Shown here: positions 17,637-26,220 of the stretch, piece after piece
Layout of the letters: every line of letters begins with the position of its first letter
Position numbering within the stretch: the first letter of the stretch is position 1
Origin: Candidatus Woesearchaeota archaeon
GTDB taxonomy: Archaea; Nanobdellota; Nanobdellia; SCGC-AAA011-G17; JAGVZF01
Length of the DNA stretch: 39,467 bases
Reading direction: 5' to 3'
Assembly (NCBI GenBank): GCA_016185565.1
Contig: JACPNH010000019.1
Span: 1-39,467 of the forward strand
The notes under the pieces: model-generated
Seen by the model: only the letters and a program-made list of their open reading frames with translations
Told to the model about the DNA's origin: nothing
Database searches by the model: none
Position numbers and translations under genes: made by a program

Positions 17637-18680
17637 TTAGCTGCTAATTCTCGTAGACTTGATAAAGATGTTTTTTTCAAAAGATGGTATGGTATACTTT
17701 TTTTTGTACACTTCTAACCTTCTTATAACACCATTTAGTCTAATATAAATATCACCAGATCTTATTCTTGGTTTATAATAGATCTCAAACTCTTCATCAA
17801 GTAAACCTTTTTGTTGTAATTTATTCTTTTCTTCTTCGTTTTTATAGATTTGAGCTTTTACAAGATCTCCAAATACGGAATTTGTTTTTAAAACCTCGGG
17901 TTTTTCTTTAATAAAAGCATTTATTATGTCGCCGTAAGATGTCCTACTAGTTGATATCATCTGATATAAAATGGTAATATTTTCAAATGGAAATAAAACT
18001 TCTACTGTTTCTTTTGGTTTATCAGTACCTATGACTTTACAAGCATCTTCATATAGCAATCTTTCAAATAAACTGACTCTTCTTTCACCCTCAATCAAGA
18101 CCTTTTGCGCATCTACATAGGTTCTGGAGTTGTATTCAGTGACTGCAGAATAATTCCTCCCTAGAACAATAACAATTAATCTAGGGATCTCTTTAGTTAA
18201 GTCTTCGGGTTTAATGATTCCTAAACTTTGCAGTATTCCTTCTTTTCCTATTAGAAAATTTTGTAGATCTTCATTTATTTTTTTCATAATCTCATCTACC
18301 AAGATATACGGTTCATTCTCTATAGTTATTATGCCCTCCCTAGATATTTGCTTTTGATATTGATCTAAAAGAAATTTTAAATAATTATCAAATTCGACAC
18401 CAACTTCCTTATATGAGCTAATCTTCTTCTGAGGTGTTGTTGTTACAATAAATTCTAAATCTTCACTTATTTTTATGCTATCTTTTTTTCTTTCTGGAGG
18501 TCTGTTGGTATCCGAATACGGCAATGTTGAAAACACCCCAGTTTTAAATTCTTCACAGATTCTTCTTTCTATTTGTTTAGATTCGTCTCCCCAACTTAAA
18601 AATCTTAATAAATTTCTTTCAGTAAGCGTATTTAGTTCTGGTGGCAATTCTATCTCTAATTGCGTTAGTAGCTGTGCCAT
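17637..18680 (-). CDS. Hypothetical protein (347 aa) between two tRNA genes
   Basis: Long ORF with no recognised motif; its stop lies 1 nt from the tRNA-Gly 3' end. Confidence 0.75.
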   Translation of the reverse strand: MAQLLTQLEIELPPELNTLTERNLLRFLSWGDESKQIERRICEEFKTGVFSTLPYSDTNRPPERKKDSIKISEDLEFIVTTTPQKKISSYKEVGVEFDNYLKFLLDQYQKQISREGIITIENEPYILVDEIMKKINEDLQNFLIGKEGILQSLGIIKPEDLTKEIPRLIVIVLGRNYSAVTEYNSRTYVDAQKVLIEGERRVSLFERLLYEDACKVIGTDKPKETVEVLFPFENITILYQMISTSRTSYGDIINAFIKEKPEVLKTNSVFGDLVKAQIYKNEEEKNKLQQKGLLDEEFEIYYKPRIRSGDIYIRLNGVIRRLEVYKKKYTIPSFEKNIFIKSTRISS

Positions 18681-18723
18681 AATATAATAAGGTTAGAAAA
18701 TATTTTAAAATGATAGGTTTAAA

Positions 18724-18827
18724 TGGGCCCGGGCAGATTCGAACTGCCGACCTCCACCTTGTAAGGGTGGCGTCATTTGCGGGTTTCTTATTTTTAATTA
18801 TTAAACTAACCGCTAGACTACGAGCCC
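18724..18827 (-). tRNA. tRNA-Val(TAC) with a 31-nt D-loop intron (18777-18807)
   Basis: Mature sequence GGGCTCG TA GTCT AGCGGTT^ATGAC G CCACC CT TAC AA GGTGG AGGTC GGCAG TTCGAAT CTGCC CGGGCCC A; BHB with central helix GCGG/CCGC and bulges TTA/AAA. Confidence 0.93.
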
Positions 18828-18881
18828 TTTATATGCTGTAGAAAAAGCAAATTTAGAGGTTTTTAAAGATTTTGATAATTG

Positions 18882-19403
18882 TTATCGTAGTTTTTTAACT
18901 CTTCCAAATGTTCTTATCGTACTTTTTGATTCTAAAGTCCTATTTATTATTTTATTTCTTTTATTTTTATCTAAGAAGTACAAAATAGAAGTGGTTGAAA
19001 TTCTCTTGCTTCGTTTATATTCAGGCTCATCAGATTCCAGTCCTATTGTTCTAATTTCTATTTCATCAGGGACATTATAACATTCTCTAATTGCATCCTC
19101 TAATGTGGCATGTTTAATGCCAAATGGCTGTTGTTGTTGTATCCTTCTAAATAAGTCCTTGAACCTTTCCGTTCCGGGATTTGGTGCAAATGGGGTATAA
19201 CCTAAATAAGTAAGTAAATTAGACTCTATCAATATTGGGTATTTTTCTAAGGTATGGAACAAGGCATTAGTCACAGCGTTATAATTTATAGATTCTATAA
19301 GCTTTCTCTCGCTTATTCTTCTTACATCACTATAATTTGGAAATTTAAATCCATATACAGTTGCTTTCTTTGCAAATATTTCATATGCATCGCTATTTTC
19401 CAT
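18882..19403 (-). CDS. Hypothetical protein
   Basis: 173-aa ORF with an upstream TATA-like element; no recognised family. Confidence 0.6.
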   Translation of the reverse strand: MENSDAYEIFAKKATVYGFKFPNYSDVRRISERKLIESINYNAVTNALFHTLEKYPILIESNLLTYLGYTPFAPNPGTERFKDLFRRIQQQQPFGIKHATLEDAIRECYNVPDEIEIRTIGLESDEPEYKRSKRISTTSILYFLDKNKRNKIINRTLESKSTIRTFGRVKKLR

Positions 19404-19472
19404 TTTCTTAGTCTAAGATATTATGTTTTTAAAACTATATTTTATAGTATATAAATTTTTCTATTATCAGTC

Positions 19473-20072
19473 TTATCCGAAAATAATTGCTCTGTTGTCT
19501 CTTTTACATTTAGTTTTTACTTGTAAAAAGATTTCTTTCATTAGTTTTTCGTTTATTCTTAATGTTTGTCCTGTTAGTGTGTTATTCCAGAGATATAGAT
19601 TATTGCCGTAGCCATACAAAAGAATGTAATCGGGAATGGTTCTAACACGCAATAAAGGACCCATATTTACTCTTAATAAAACTACTTTATTCTTTTTTAA
19701 CGCCTCTTTGATTTCATCTAAAGAAAAGTCCCTGACTTCTACTAAATTTTTTTTCTTTGCTTCATCAAGGTTCAAATCAGAGAAGAATTTTGTATCATAA
19801 ATTTCTTTTTTTGTAAATAACTTAAATTTATATATTTTTGGAAGCTTGTATTGGGGGTCTTCTACTATGACTTTTGAGGATATTTTATAGCTATTTGTTA
19901 TTATAACAGATCTAAAAATACAGGCTCCTCTAGTAGGCAATAATACAATTTCCCTCCAAATTTTGAATTCATTTTCTCTATTAACTTTGAAGTTTTGATT
20001 AAAATGATTTATAATTAGCATTATCGCAGAAGCAAGTCCCGTAAATTTTGTTGTTTGTTTATAATTTTGCAT
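19473..20072 (-). CDS. C39-like peptidase homolog (DUF3335-type) with substituted catalytic residues
   Basis: YKQTTKFT-G-LASAIML (family pattern YxQTTxFTC), E.KIWRE...LPTRG, and PDYILLYG where PH(W/Y) is expected. Confidence 0.7.
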   Translation of the reverse strand: MQNYKQTTKFTGLASAIMLIINHFNQNFKVNRENEFKIWREIVLLPTRGACIFRSVIITNSYKISSKVIVEDPQYKLPKIYKFKLFTKKEIYDTKFFSDLNLDEAKKKNLVEVRDFSLDEIKEALKKNKVVLLRVNMGPLLRVRTIPDYILLYGYGNNLYLWNNTLTGQTLRINEKLMKEIFLQVKTKCKRDNRAIIFG

Positions 20073-20106
20073 GTTAATATTGATGATAAAGGAATATACT
20101 TAAATT

Positions 20107-20820
20107 TTATTTTATAAATATTATTATATTTCCACGACCTTTTTTTATTTTTTTTATATTCTCTTCAGATTCAAGTTGTGTAAGTATTAAAGAGACTTTT
20201 GCTTCAGACAGCATTAACTTTTTTCTTAGATCTTTTTGACTTACTCTTTTTTCTTCTTTGATAATGGAATATGCCCTTTCTAGGAATTCGTCTTTTAATT
20301 CTGGTTCTTTTGTTTCTAATTTTTCTAAATTTTTGTTTATTTCTTCGGATTTTTTAATTGTTTTTCTGAAACTAGAAATTAAATATACTACAACAAATAA
20401 AGAAATGACAGAAAGGATGATGAGCAAGACTGAGAAGTTGCCATTCTCTTTTTGATAGTATTCAGCTAGAGGTATATCAAGCTCGGAGATATTTTCATCT
20501 TCTAAGTAAGGAAATAGGATTAGGTCTAGATTGTAATCCCCGTTTGCATCTTCGATAGTTATGTCTTCTTGTGCGAAATGTTCAAGTGCATTATTTTTTA
20601 TGTAAAAAGCTTTTATAATATAATTTCCAGGGGCTAGATTAAAACTATAGCCTGAATCCTTTACTATCATCGATTGCTTTGGGATGGTGTTTATTTCTAC
20701 TATCGTGTTCGAAAGCTTATTAAAGTTAATGTCGTATATATCTCCATGTACTACTGCAGCCATCGTTGCTTTTGAGAAAATTATTATCAATATCAGCAAT
20801 AGATTCAGTTTTTTCAGCAT
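20107..20820 (-). CDS. Membrane-anchored transcriptional regulator (extracellular beta domain, TM, C-terminal wHTH; COG2512-like)
   Basis: Signal peptide, YSFNLAPGNYIIKA beta-sandwich, TM, then VSQKDLRKKLMLSEAKVSLILTQLE...KIKKGRGNII. Confidence 0.85.
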   Translation of the reverse strand: MLKKLNLLLILIIIFSKATMAAVVHGDIYDINFNKLSNTIVEINTIPKQSMIVKDSGYSFNLAPGNYIIKAFYIKNNALEHFAQEDITIEDANGDYNLDLILFPYLEDENISELDIPLAEYYQKENGNFSVLLIILSVISLFVVVYLISSFRKTIKKSEEINKNLEKLETKEPELKDEFLERAYSIIKEEKRVSQKDLRKKLMLSEAKVSLILTQLESEENIKKIKKGRGNIIIFIK

Positions 20821-20967
20821 AAAAATAAACTATAATCATAATTATAAAAACCTTACTATGAAACTGACTAGTAAGTATAAAAAGTTTAAATAATTCCAAA
20901 ATAAAGAAAAAGAGCAATATTTTTCCTATTTTTAAAATTATAAAGTAAAATTACCCTAATTTTTGCG

Positions 20968-20986
20968 TTGTAAAGCATTGTAAAGC
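20968..20986. promoter_or_regulatory. Tandem 9-bp direct repeat TTGTAAAGC-A-TTGTAAAGC (candidate operator)
   Basis: Perfect repeat with 10-bp periodicity in the divergent intergenic region next to the HTH regulator. Confidence 0.45.
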
Positions 20987-21148
20987 TTTAAAATAAGAAT
21001 GTTGAAAGTATATTTATAAATAAACTCTGCAAACATACTGTAAAATGAATTTAGAAAAATTTATCAAAATAGGCAGAGGGGCTTGGTTTGAAACAATTAA
21101 CGAATTAGATACTTTAATAGAAAAAATAAAAAATACGGAGGAGAGAAG

Positions 21149-22625
21149 ATGAAAAAGTTTATTTCAACATTTATTATTGTGCTTTTTCTTGCTAGTTTAA
21201 TGCCATTAAGTATTTTTGCTGACAGATCAGATGATGCAGCTAGCAATTCTGGTCCTGGAAAATTAATGCTCAGATTTAGCGATGATAATGTAGATAAAAA
21301 TGACGTAGATGAAAAAGAAGAAACTGAAATGAGGATGAAGTTGAGAAAAGAGGTGGTTGAAGACTCTGACTTTAAAGAACGCATATTGAAAGAAGAAGAG
21401 AAATCTAGACTTAGAGAAAATTCCATGAAACATCAGGAGCTTTTTAAGGTTGGCAAGCTAAAAGCAGACGAATTCAGGATAAGACTTGAAACAAATAAAA
21501 CAAAGATAAAAGAATGCAGAGAGAAAGACACAGAAGCATGCAGATTAATAAAAAAAGGATCATTTGAGATTGCCCAAAATTACTTGTTAAACATTATAGA
21601 TGCATTGATTAATCATCTAAAGTTTGTTAAAGAAAAAGTTCAAGGATCCGAAGAATTGTCAGAACAAGATGTTAAAGAGAGCGTTTCTAGAATTGATGCC
21701 TTAATAGGCAAGCTAGAAGATTTGAAAACCAAAGTTAGTCAAGCTACTACAAGAGATCAGATAATAGAGTTAAACTCACAACTAAGACAATTAATGAAGG
21801 ATGTCAAGGCGGATTCAGACCTTAGCATAGAGCATATAAGGCATAAGAGAATCGGGGAGATCTTAGAGAGAGCAGAGCACTTGGAGGCAAAGTTAGCAAG
21901 GATACAATAATTCTGAGCAAAGGCGTATTTTAGTGAGAGAAGCTCATGAACTATTAAAAAGTGCTCATCAGGACTTAAAAGACGCCCATAACGTATTAAA
22001 GCAAATTTTTAGGCTTTTGAAGGGCATTGATAAAAAAATAGATTTTAATAAGGACGAATGCTGGGGCGATAGACCATTGTTCAGGCCAGGAAAAGATCTT
22101 GGTTACTTCATATGGCAAAGTACTTGTAATGACAGAACTTGGGTTATAGCCTGGAGCGGCGATGGTAGACTAGTCAACTTAGGCAATATGACATCAGGCA
22201 ACACCACACAATCAAATGGAACAAATGCAACCTCATTGCATCACATGACCGGAACTATTACAACTGACGGTGAATTTAAGGATGTCGAAGCAAAGAAATT
22301 TGAAAGTAATGACAAAATAAATATAACAGCTAACAACACAATAACATTTGATGCATTTGTTTTAAATCACTTTGATGAGATAAGGTTTAAAACAACAGGA
22401 ACACAAGTTACATTTGACTTGTTTGTGGACGGAGAAAGAAAAACCAGTTTAGTATATATGGGAAAGAATTGGACTAATCCAAGTTCAATTCCATTTACAC
22501 TACAAGGTACAGTATTATTAACAGCTACATGTACGACTGGTCAGTTTTTAGTAAATGGAGTTTGTACTACAATTCCTCCTAGCGGTGGCGGTGGAGATGA
22601 TGACAACAAAGACAAACTCGATTAA
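21149..22625 (+). pseudogene. Secreted coiled-coil + beta-domain protein split by a frameshift or deletion near 21897-21910
   Basis: GGAGGAG RBS and signal peptide. ORF1 ends LEAKLARIQ*. The second frame is open from 21897 (QGYNNSEQRRILVREAHELLKSAHQDLKDAH), continues the heptad pattern, and has no RBS or signal peptide of its own. Confidence 0.65.
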
Positions 22626-22675
22626 CTTCATATTTTTATTAACGAAAAAGATATAAATACAAGAAATTTACAAGA

Positions 22676-22909
22676 ATGAAGATGAAGAGAGTCGCAATAT
22701 TACTTTTTGTTTTAATAAGTGCAATTTTTATAGCGGGATGTAATGGTCAAAAGGATAAAATTTCTGATAACAATGATGCGTTAATTAAAGATACCAACAC
22801 ACAATCCCAGGAATCGCCACCAGAGCTATTAACAAGTGACATAGACAAAGATTTGGATAACACTGATTTGGATAATCTAAATGTGAATTTGGATACTGAG
22901 GCGATTTAG
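22676..22909 (+). CDS. Small putative lipoprotein
   Basis: MKMKR + hydrophobic core + IAGC lipobox; acidic low-complexity tail. Confidence 0.7.
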   Translation: MKMKRVAILLFVLISAIFIAGCNGQKDKISDNNDALIKDTNTQSQESPPELLTSDIDKDLDNTDLDNLNVNLDTEAI

Positions 22910-23032
22910 ATTTTCTTTAATTTTTTTCTATAATCTATGTAAAGTTTGGTTAGCTTTACTAGAGACTCTTTATTATTTCTGAGTCGCTTATATTCGCCAG
23001 GCAACCACAATTCCTTGTAAATACTTTCTTTT

Positions 23033-23608
23033 TCATTTTGATATTTTTGTTATTTCCTCTAGTACAATAGGCAATTTTTTTATTCCGTCAGAACCGCTGA
23101 AATGTCCTTTATTTTTTTCTATAATTATTTTACTGCCTAAATTTTTCCTTAAAATTTCTGAATCTTCTACATATACAAAATAATCATTGTTAGAAAAAAT
23201 AGAGGTTATGTCTTTTGTATGGAGCAAAACCTTTGTAAAATCTATCTTTCTTTCAATCCAAGGTTTTGCTATTTCAACTTCTTCTCTAGTTTCGTACATC
23301 TTTAATCTAAACCAAGGTGCCACAAGTATTAGCTTTCCAACTTTAATATCACTTTTCAACCCTTGGAGGTATCTTAGGATAGTTTGACAACCAATACTAT
23401 GGCCAACAAAGCTTGTGTTAAAATCAGGATTTTTAACTATATACCTTAGATTTTCTACCCAATTCTCTATTGTAGGATTATCAGTTTCTGGCATAGAAGG
23501 AATATAAACTTCAAATCCTTTATTTACTAGTTCTTCTTTTAACCAAGGAAACCAGCCTTCTTCAGGATTTCCGCCCCACCCATGTATTATGAAGACTTTT
23601 CTTACCAT
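23033..23608 (-). CDS. RBBP9/YdeN-family alpha/beta hydrolase
   Basis: IIHGWGG...WFPWL, GHSIG nucleophile elbow, S.ND.FV and GHF. Confidence 0.92.
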   Translation of the reverse strand: MVRKVFIIHGWGGNPEEGWFPWLKEELVNKGFEVYIPSMPETDNPTIENWVENLRYIVKNPDFNTSFVGHSIGCQTILRYLQGLKSDIKVGKLILVAPWFRLKMYETREEVEIAKPWIERKIDFTKVLLHTKDITSIFSNNDYFVYVEDSEILRKNLGSKIIIEKNKGHFSGSDGIKKLPIVLEEITKISK

Positions 23609-23659
23609 GTTATGGAACTAAAACCAATTGTTTATAAATCTTTATTTTTCTAAAGTTTT

Positions 23660-24568
23660 ATGGAAAAAATAAGACCTTTTAGATATGGTAAAGATACTTC
23701 AATTAATAATTTGGTAAAGCAGTTTGAGAAATTAGGATTTCAAGCAAATAAATTGGCGAATACTGCAAATATTATTGGGTTAATGATTAAGGATAAAGAT
23801 TGTAAGGTATTTTTAGGGGTTGCCGGGGCATTAGTTCCAAGTGGCATGAAGGAAATTTTAATTGACATGCTTAATAATGACTGGATTGATGTTTTGGTTA
23901 TTACTGGTGCTAATCTAACACATGATCTAGTAGAGGACCTTGGGTATAGCCATTTTTTAGGGCATGAGTCTATGAATGATGAGGAATTAAACAAAAAAGG
24001 GCTAGTAAGGATGTACAACATCTTAATGCCAAACAAAGTATATGAAAAATTGGAAGAGTTTTTTAAAAGTAATTGGAATGAAATAAGCAAGCAAAATAAT
24101 GTTAAGGACTTTTTATGGACTTTAGGGAAGTTAAGCCCTGGAAATGGGATATTAAAAACATGTTTCAATAAAAAAATACCAATATTTAGTCCGGCTATTT
24201 CTGATTCTGGCATAGGCTTGATGATGTGGGGTCAATTAAGCCAGGGTAAAAGGGCAGAAATCAAGGCTTTTGAGGATTTAAAAGAGATTTTAGACATTGC
24301 ATGGACTACCAAAAGAACAGGGGTTATTTATTTGGGAGGAGGAACTTCTAAGAATTATATACAGCAGGCAATGCAATTTTCAAAAGAGGCTTATTATGGA
24401 GTGCAAATCACAATGGACAGGCAAGAATTTGGAGGAAGCTCTGGGGCTGAACTTAAAGAAGGCATATCTTGGGGTAAATTAAGCCCGAAGGCAAGGCATA
24501 TTAATCTGGCTTGCGACATCACAATAGCTCTGCCTTTAATATATTGTGCTTTGAAAGAAAGAATTTAG
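23660..24568 (+). CDS. dys: Deoxyhypusine synthase
   Basis: GFQA, TGANLTHD, PAISDSGIG, GGGTSKNY and GGSSGAELKEGISWGKL (catalytic Lys). Confidence 0.95.
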   Translation: MEKIRPFRYGKDTSINNLVKQFEKLGFQANKLANTANIIGLMIKDKDCKVFLGVAGALVPSGMKEILIDMLNNDWIDVLVITGANLTHDLVEDLGYSHFLGHESMNDEELNKKGLVRMYNILMPNKVYEKLEEFFKSNWNEISKQNNVKDFLWTLGKLSPGNGILKTCFNKKIPIFSPAISDSGIGLMMWGQLSQGKRAEIKAFEDLKEILDIAWTTKRTGVIYLGGGTSKNYIQQAMQFSKEAYYGVQITMDRQEFGGSSGAELKEGISWGKLSPKARHINLACDITIALPLIYCALKERI

Positions 24569-24648
24569 CATTATTTCTTGTCTAGTTCTTACAAATATTT
24601 ATATATTAGTATAACTTAGATTTTATTGGAATTGGAGGTGTGTACTCT

Positions 24649-24747
24649 ATGCCTAGAAGCAATCTTCGCAAAAAACAAAAAAGGGCCAAGAAAAAATCAG
24701 GCAAAAAGAAATCTTATTACGATAAAGAAGAAATGATGGAGTATTAA
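24649..24747 (+). CDS. Unannotated 32-aa basic small protein
   Basis: MPRSNLRKKQKRAKKKSGKKKSYYDKEEMMEY*; GGAGGTG RBS at 24634-24640; TATA-like TTTATATA at 24598-24605. Confidence 0.6.
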   Translation: MPRSNLRKKQKRAKKKSGKKKSYYDKEEMMEY

Positions 24748-25493
24748 TTTCTTAAAAATTTAGGCATTATTTTCTTTTCATTTTCAGGATCAAAATTTTT
24801 TATTTCTATATCATTTAATGGCATTACAATTCTAGAAACTAATGAATTTAAGGAATAAGGCAGTCTTATTAGACGTATATGGCCATGACTAACCCAAGGG
24901 TCTATAGGGAATTTCTTTAGATTTTTATTAAGCGAATTTCTTTGGCGCATAGTTAATTTGAAGGCTTTTTTATCTCTTACATGAACATGACAGCCCCTGC
25001 CCGAATATATGATTTTGATATTTTTAAAGTATTTTTGAAGACTATTTTTCATTTTGATGCCGTAATTAAGGCTCATTTTAATACAATATGGACAGAACTT
25101 ATGAAGGCTTTTTTTATGATTAGGGCAATTTATGTTTTCTGGATCTATGTCAAATACCAGTTCTTGGCCAAGACAATTTTTTGTACTTAAAGCATTCTTA
25201 AAATTCATATTCTTTAAGGCTAGATTAGCATCTTTGTATTTATTTCTGTCATAATAAACGTCTTCTGGGGCTAGTTCAATTAATTTCTTTTTTAGTTCTT
25301 TAAAGCTTATGTTAGGCTTTAGAATTAGAAGTTTTTTCATCTTTTTCTTGTCTTTAATAATGTGAGTTTCAGATCCTAGATCAACAACAAAGAATTGAGG
25401 TTTTTCTTTAAACCAAGATATTATTTTTTTTATCGAGAATTCTTGTTCATAGAACTTTTTTCTTTCTGCTAAATTGCTTGGTCTTAATTCCAT
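24744..25493 (-). CDS. Archaeo-eukaryotic primase catalytic-subunit-like protein (PriS-like)
   Basis: ELVFDID, Zn motif CPNH...CPYC, YSGRGCHVHV and ID..VS...RLIRLPYSLN. Confidence 0.88.
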   Translation of the reverse strand: MELRPSNLAERKKFYEQEFSIKKIISWFKEKPQFFVVDLGSETHIIKDKKKMKKLLILKPNISFKELKKKLIELAPEDVYYDRNKYKDANLALKNMNFKNALSTKNCLGQELVFDIDPENINCPNHKKSLHKFCPYCIKMSLNYGIKMKNSLQKYFKNIKIIYSGRGCHVHVRDKKAFKLTMRQRNSLNKNLKKFPIDPWVSHGHIRLIRLPYSLNSLVSRIVMPLNDIEIKNFDPENEKKIMPKFLRN

Positions 25494-25499
25494 TTAGAA

Positions 25500-25727
25500 T
25501 TACTTGGATTTTTTAGTTATTATTGAATTTAAGTGTTCAACCATTTCTTGCATTTGTTTTTTTGACATACCGTGACCAAGGGCACCCTGTTCAAGTGTTT
25601 CAAAAGTTGATGCTCCGCAACCTATGCAATGCAAGTTATATTTCTCCATTATAACTCCAGCTAATTGTGGATATCGACCAACTATCTCTCCCATTGTCAT
25701 GCCCTTATGTATTTTTACGATTGCCAT
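25500..25727 (-). CDS. DUF1858 domain protein
   Basis: MTMGEIVGRYP...LHCIGC...FETLEQGA..HG. Confidence 0.88.
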   Translation of the reverse strand: MAIVKIHKGMTMGEIVGRYPQLAGVIMEKYNLHCIGCGASTFETLEQGALGHGMSKKQMQEMVEHLNSIITKKSK

Positions 25728-25824
25728 GGTTTTATTACATTTATTATGGTTTATAAATTTTTTTATTACGATAAAATGTATAACAAAAAGCTTTAAAAAG
25801 ACTCTATATCTTTTTGTCCTTTAT

Positions 25825-25967
25825 AGCGGAGTGGGGCAGTTAGGAGTGCCCGTCGAATCTTAAAAAGATGCGGAAGGCTCATAAGGCATTAACTGCTTAG
25901 AGAGACCCGGAGGTCGTTGGAAGTTTTACTTAAGTAAAGCTGACGAATTCAAATCCAACCTCCGCTA
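25825..25967 (+). tRNA. Initiator tRNA-Met(CAT) with three introns (29/30: 25856-25875; 37/38: 25884-25904; 53/54: 25921-25947)
   Basis: 75-nt mature sequence AGCGGAG TG GGGC AGTTAGGAGT GCCC G TCG^GG CT CAT A^A CCCGG AGGTC GTTGG^TTCAAAT CCAAC CTCCGCT A; A1-U72 and GGG/CCC initiator marks; BHB helices CCGT/GCGG and CGTT/GACG. Confidence 0.92.
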
Positions 25968-26104
25968 CTTTATTTTACAATATTTATAGGTCTTTTTTTA
26001 ATAAAACTATTAATTTTACTAAAATTAAACTCTAGTTTAAGATTTTTTATTAACTACCCATTTAGAGTTTTTATAGAATGAACGGACTTAAACTAATCTA
26101 GAAG

Positions 26105-26220
26105 CGCCGGAACTGGGATTTGAACCCAGATCTCCGTTAGGAGCCAGCTACCTAGTATTCTTTCCAGGTTCACCTTTCTTTAAAGAAAACTGGTGCCATA
26201 CCAGGTTAGGCGATTCCGGC
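26105..26220 (-). tRNA. tRNA-Ser(GGA) with two introns (30/31: 26169-26189; 37/38: 26150-26161)
   Basis: GCCGGAA/TTCCGGC+G73, CCAG^C CT GGA A^A GCTGG, long variable arm CTCC-TAAC-GGAG; BHB central helices CACC/GGTG and CTGG/CTAG. Confidence 0.92.

Noticed and set aside
22906-23036. Possible small gene or relic downstream of the YdeN hydrolase (MKKKVFTRNCGC... or an alternative frame ...KELWLPGEYKRL...)
   Set aside because: One frame is only 25 codons and the other lacks a start; there is no recognisable homology.
25624-25863. 79-aa ORF on the + strand
   Set aside because: It overlaps DUF1858 antisense and runs into the initiator tRNA gene.
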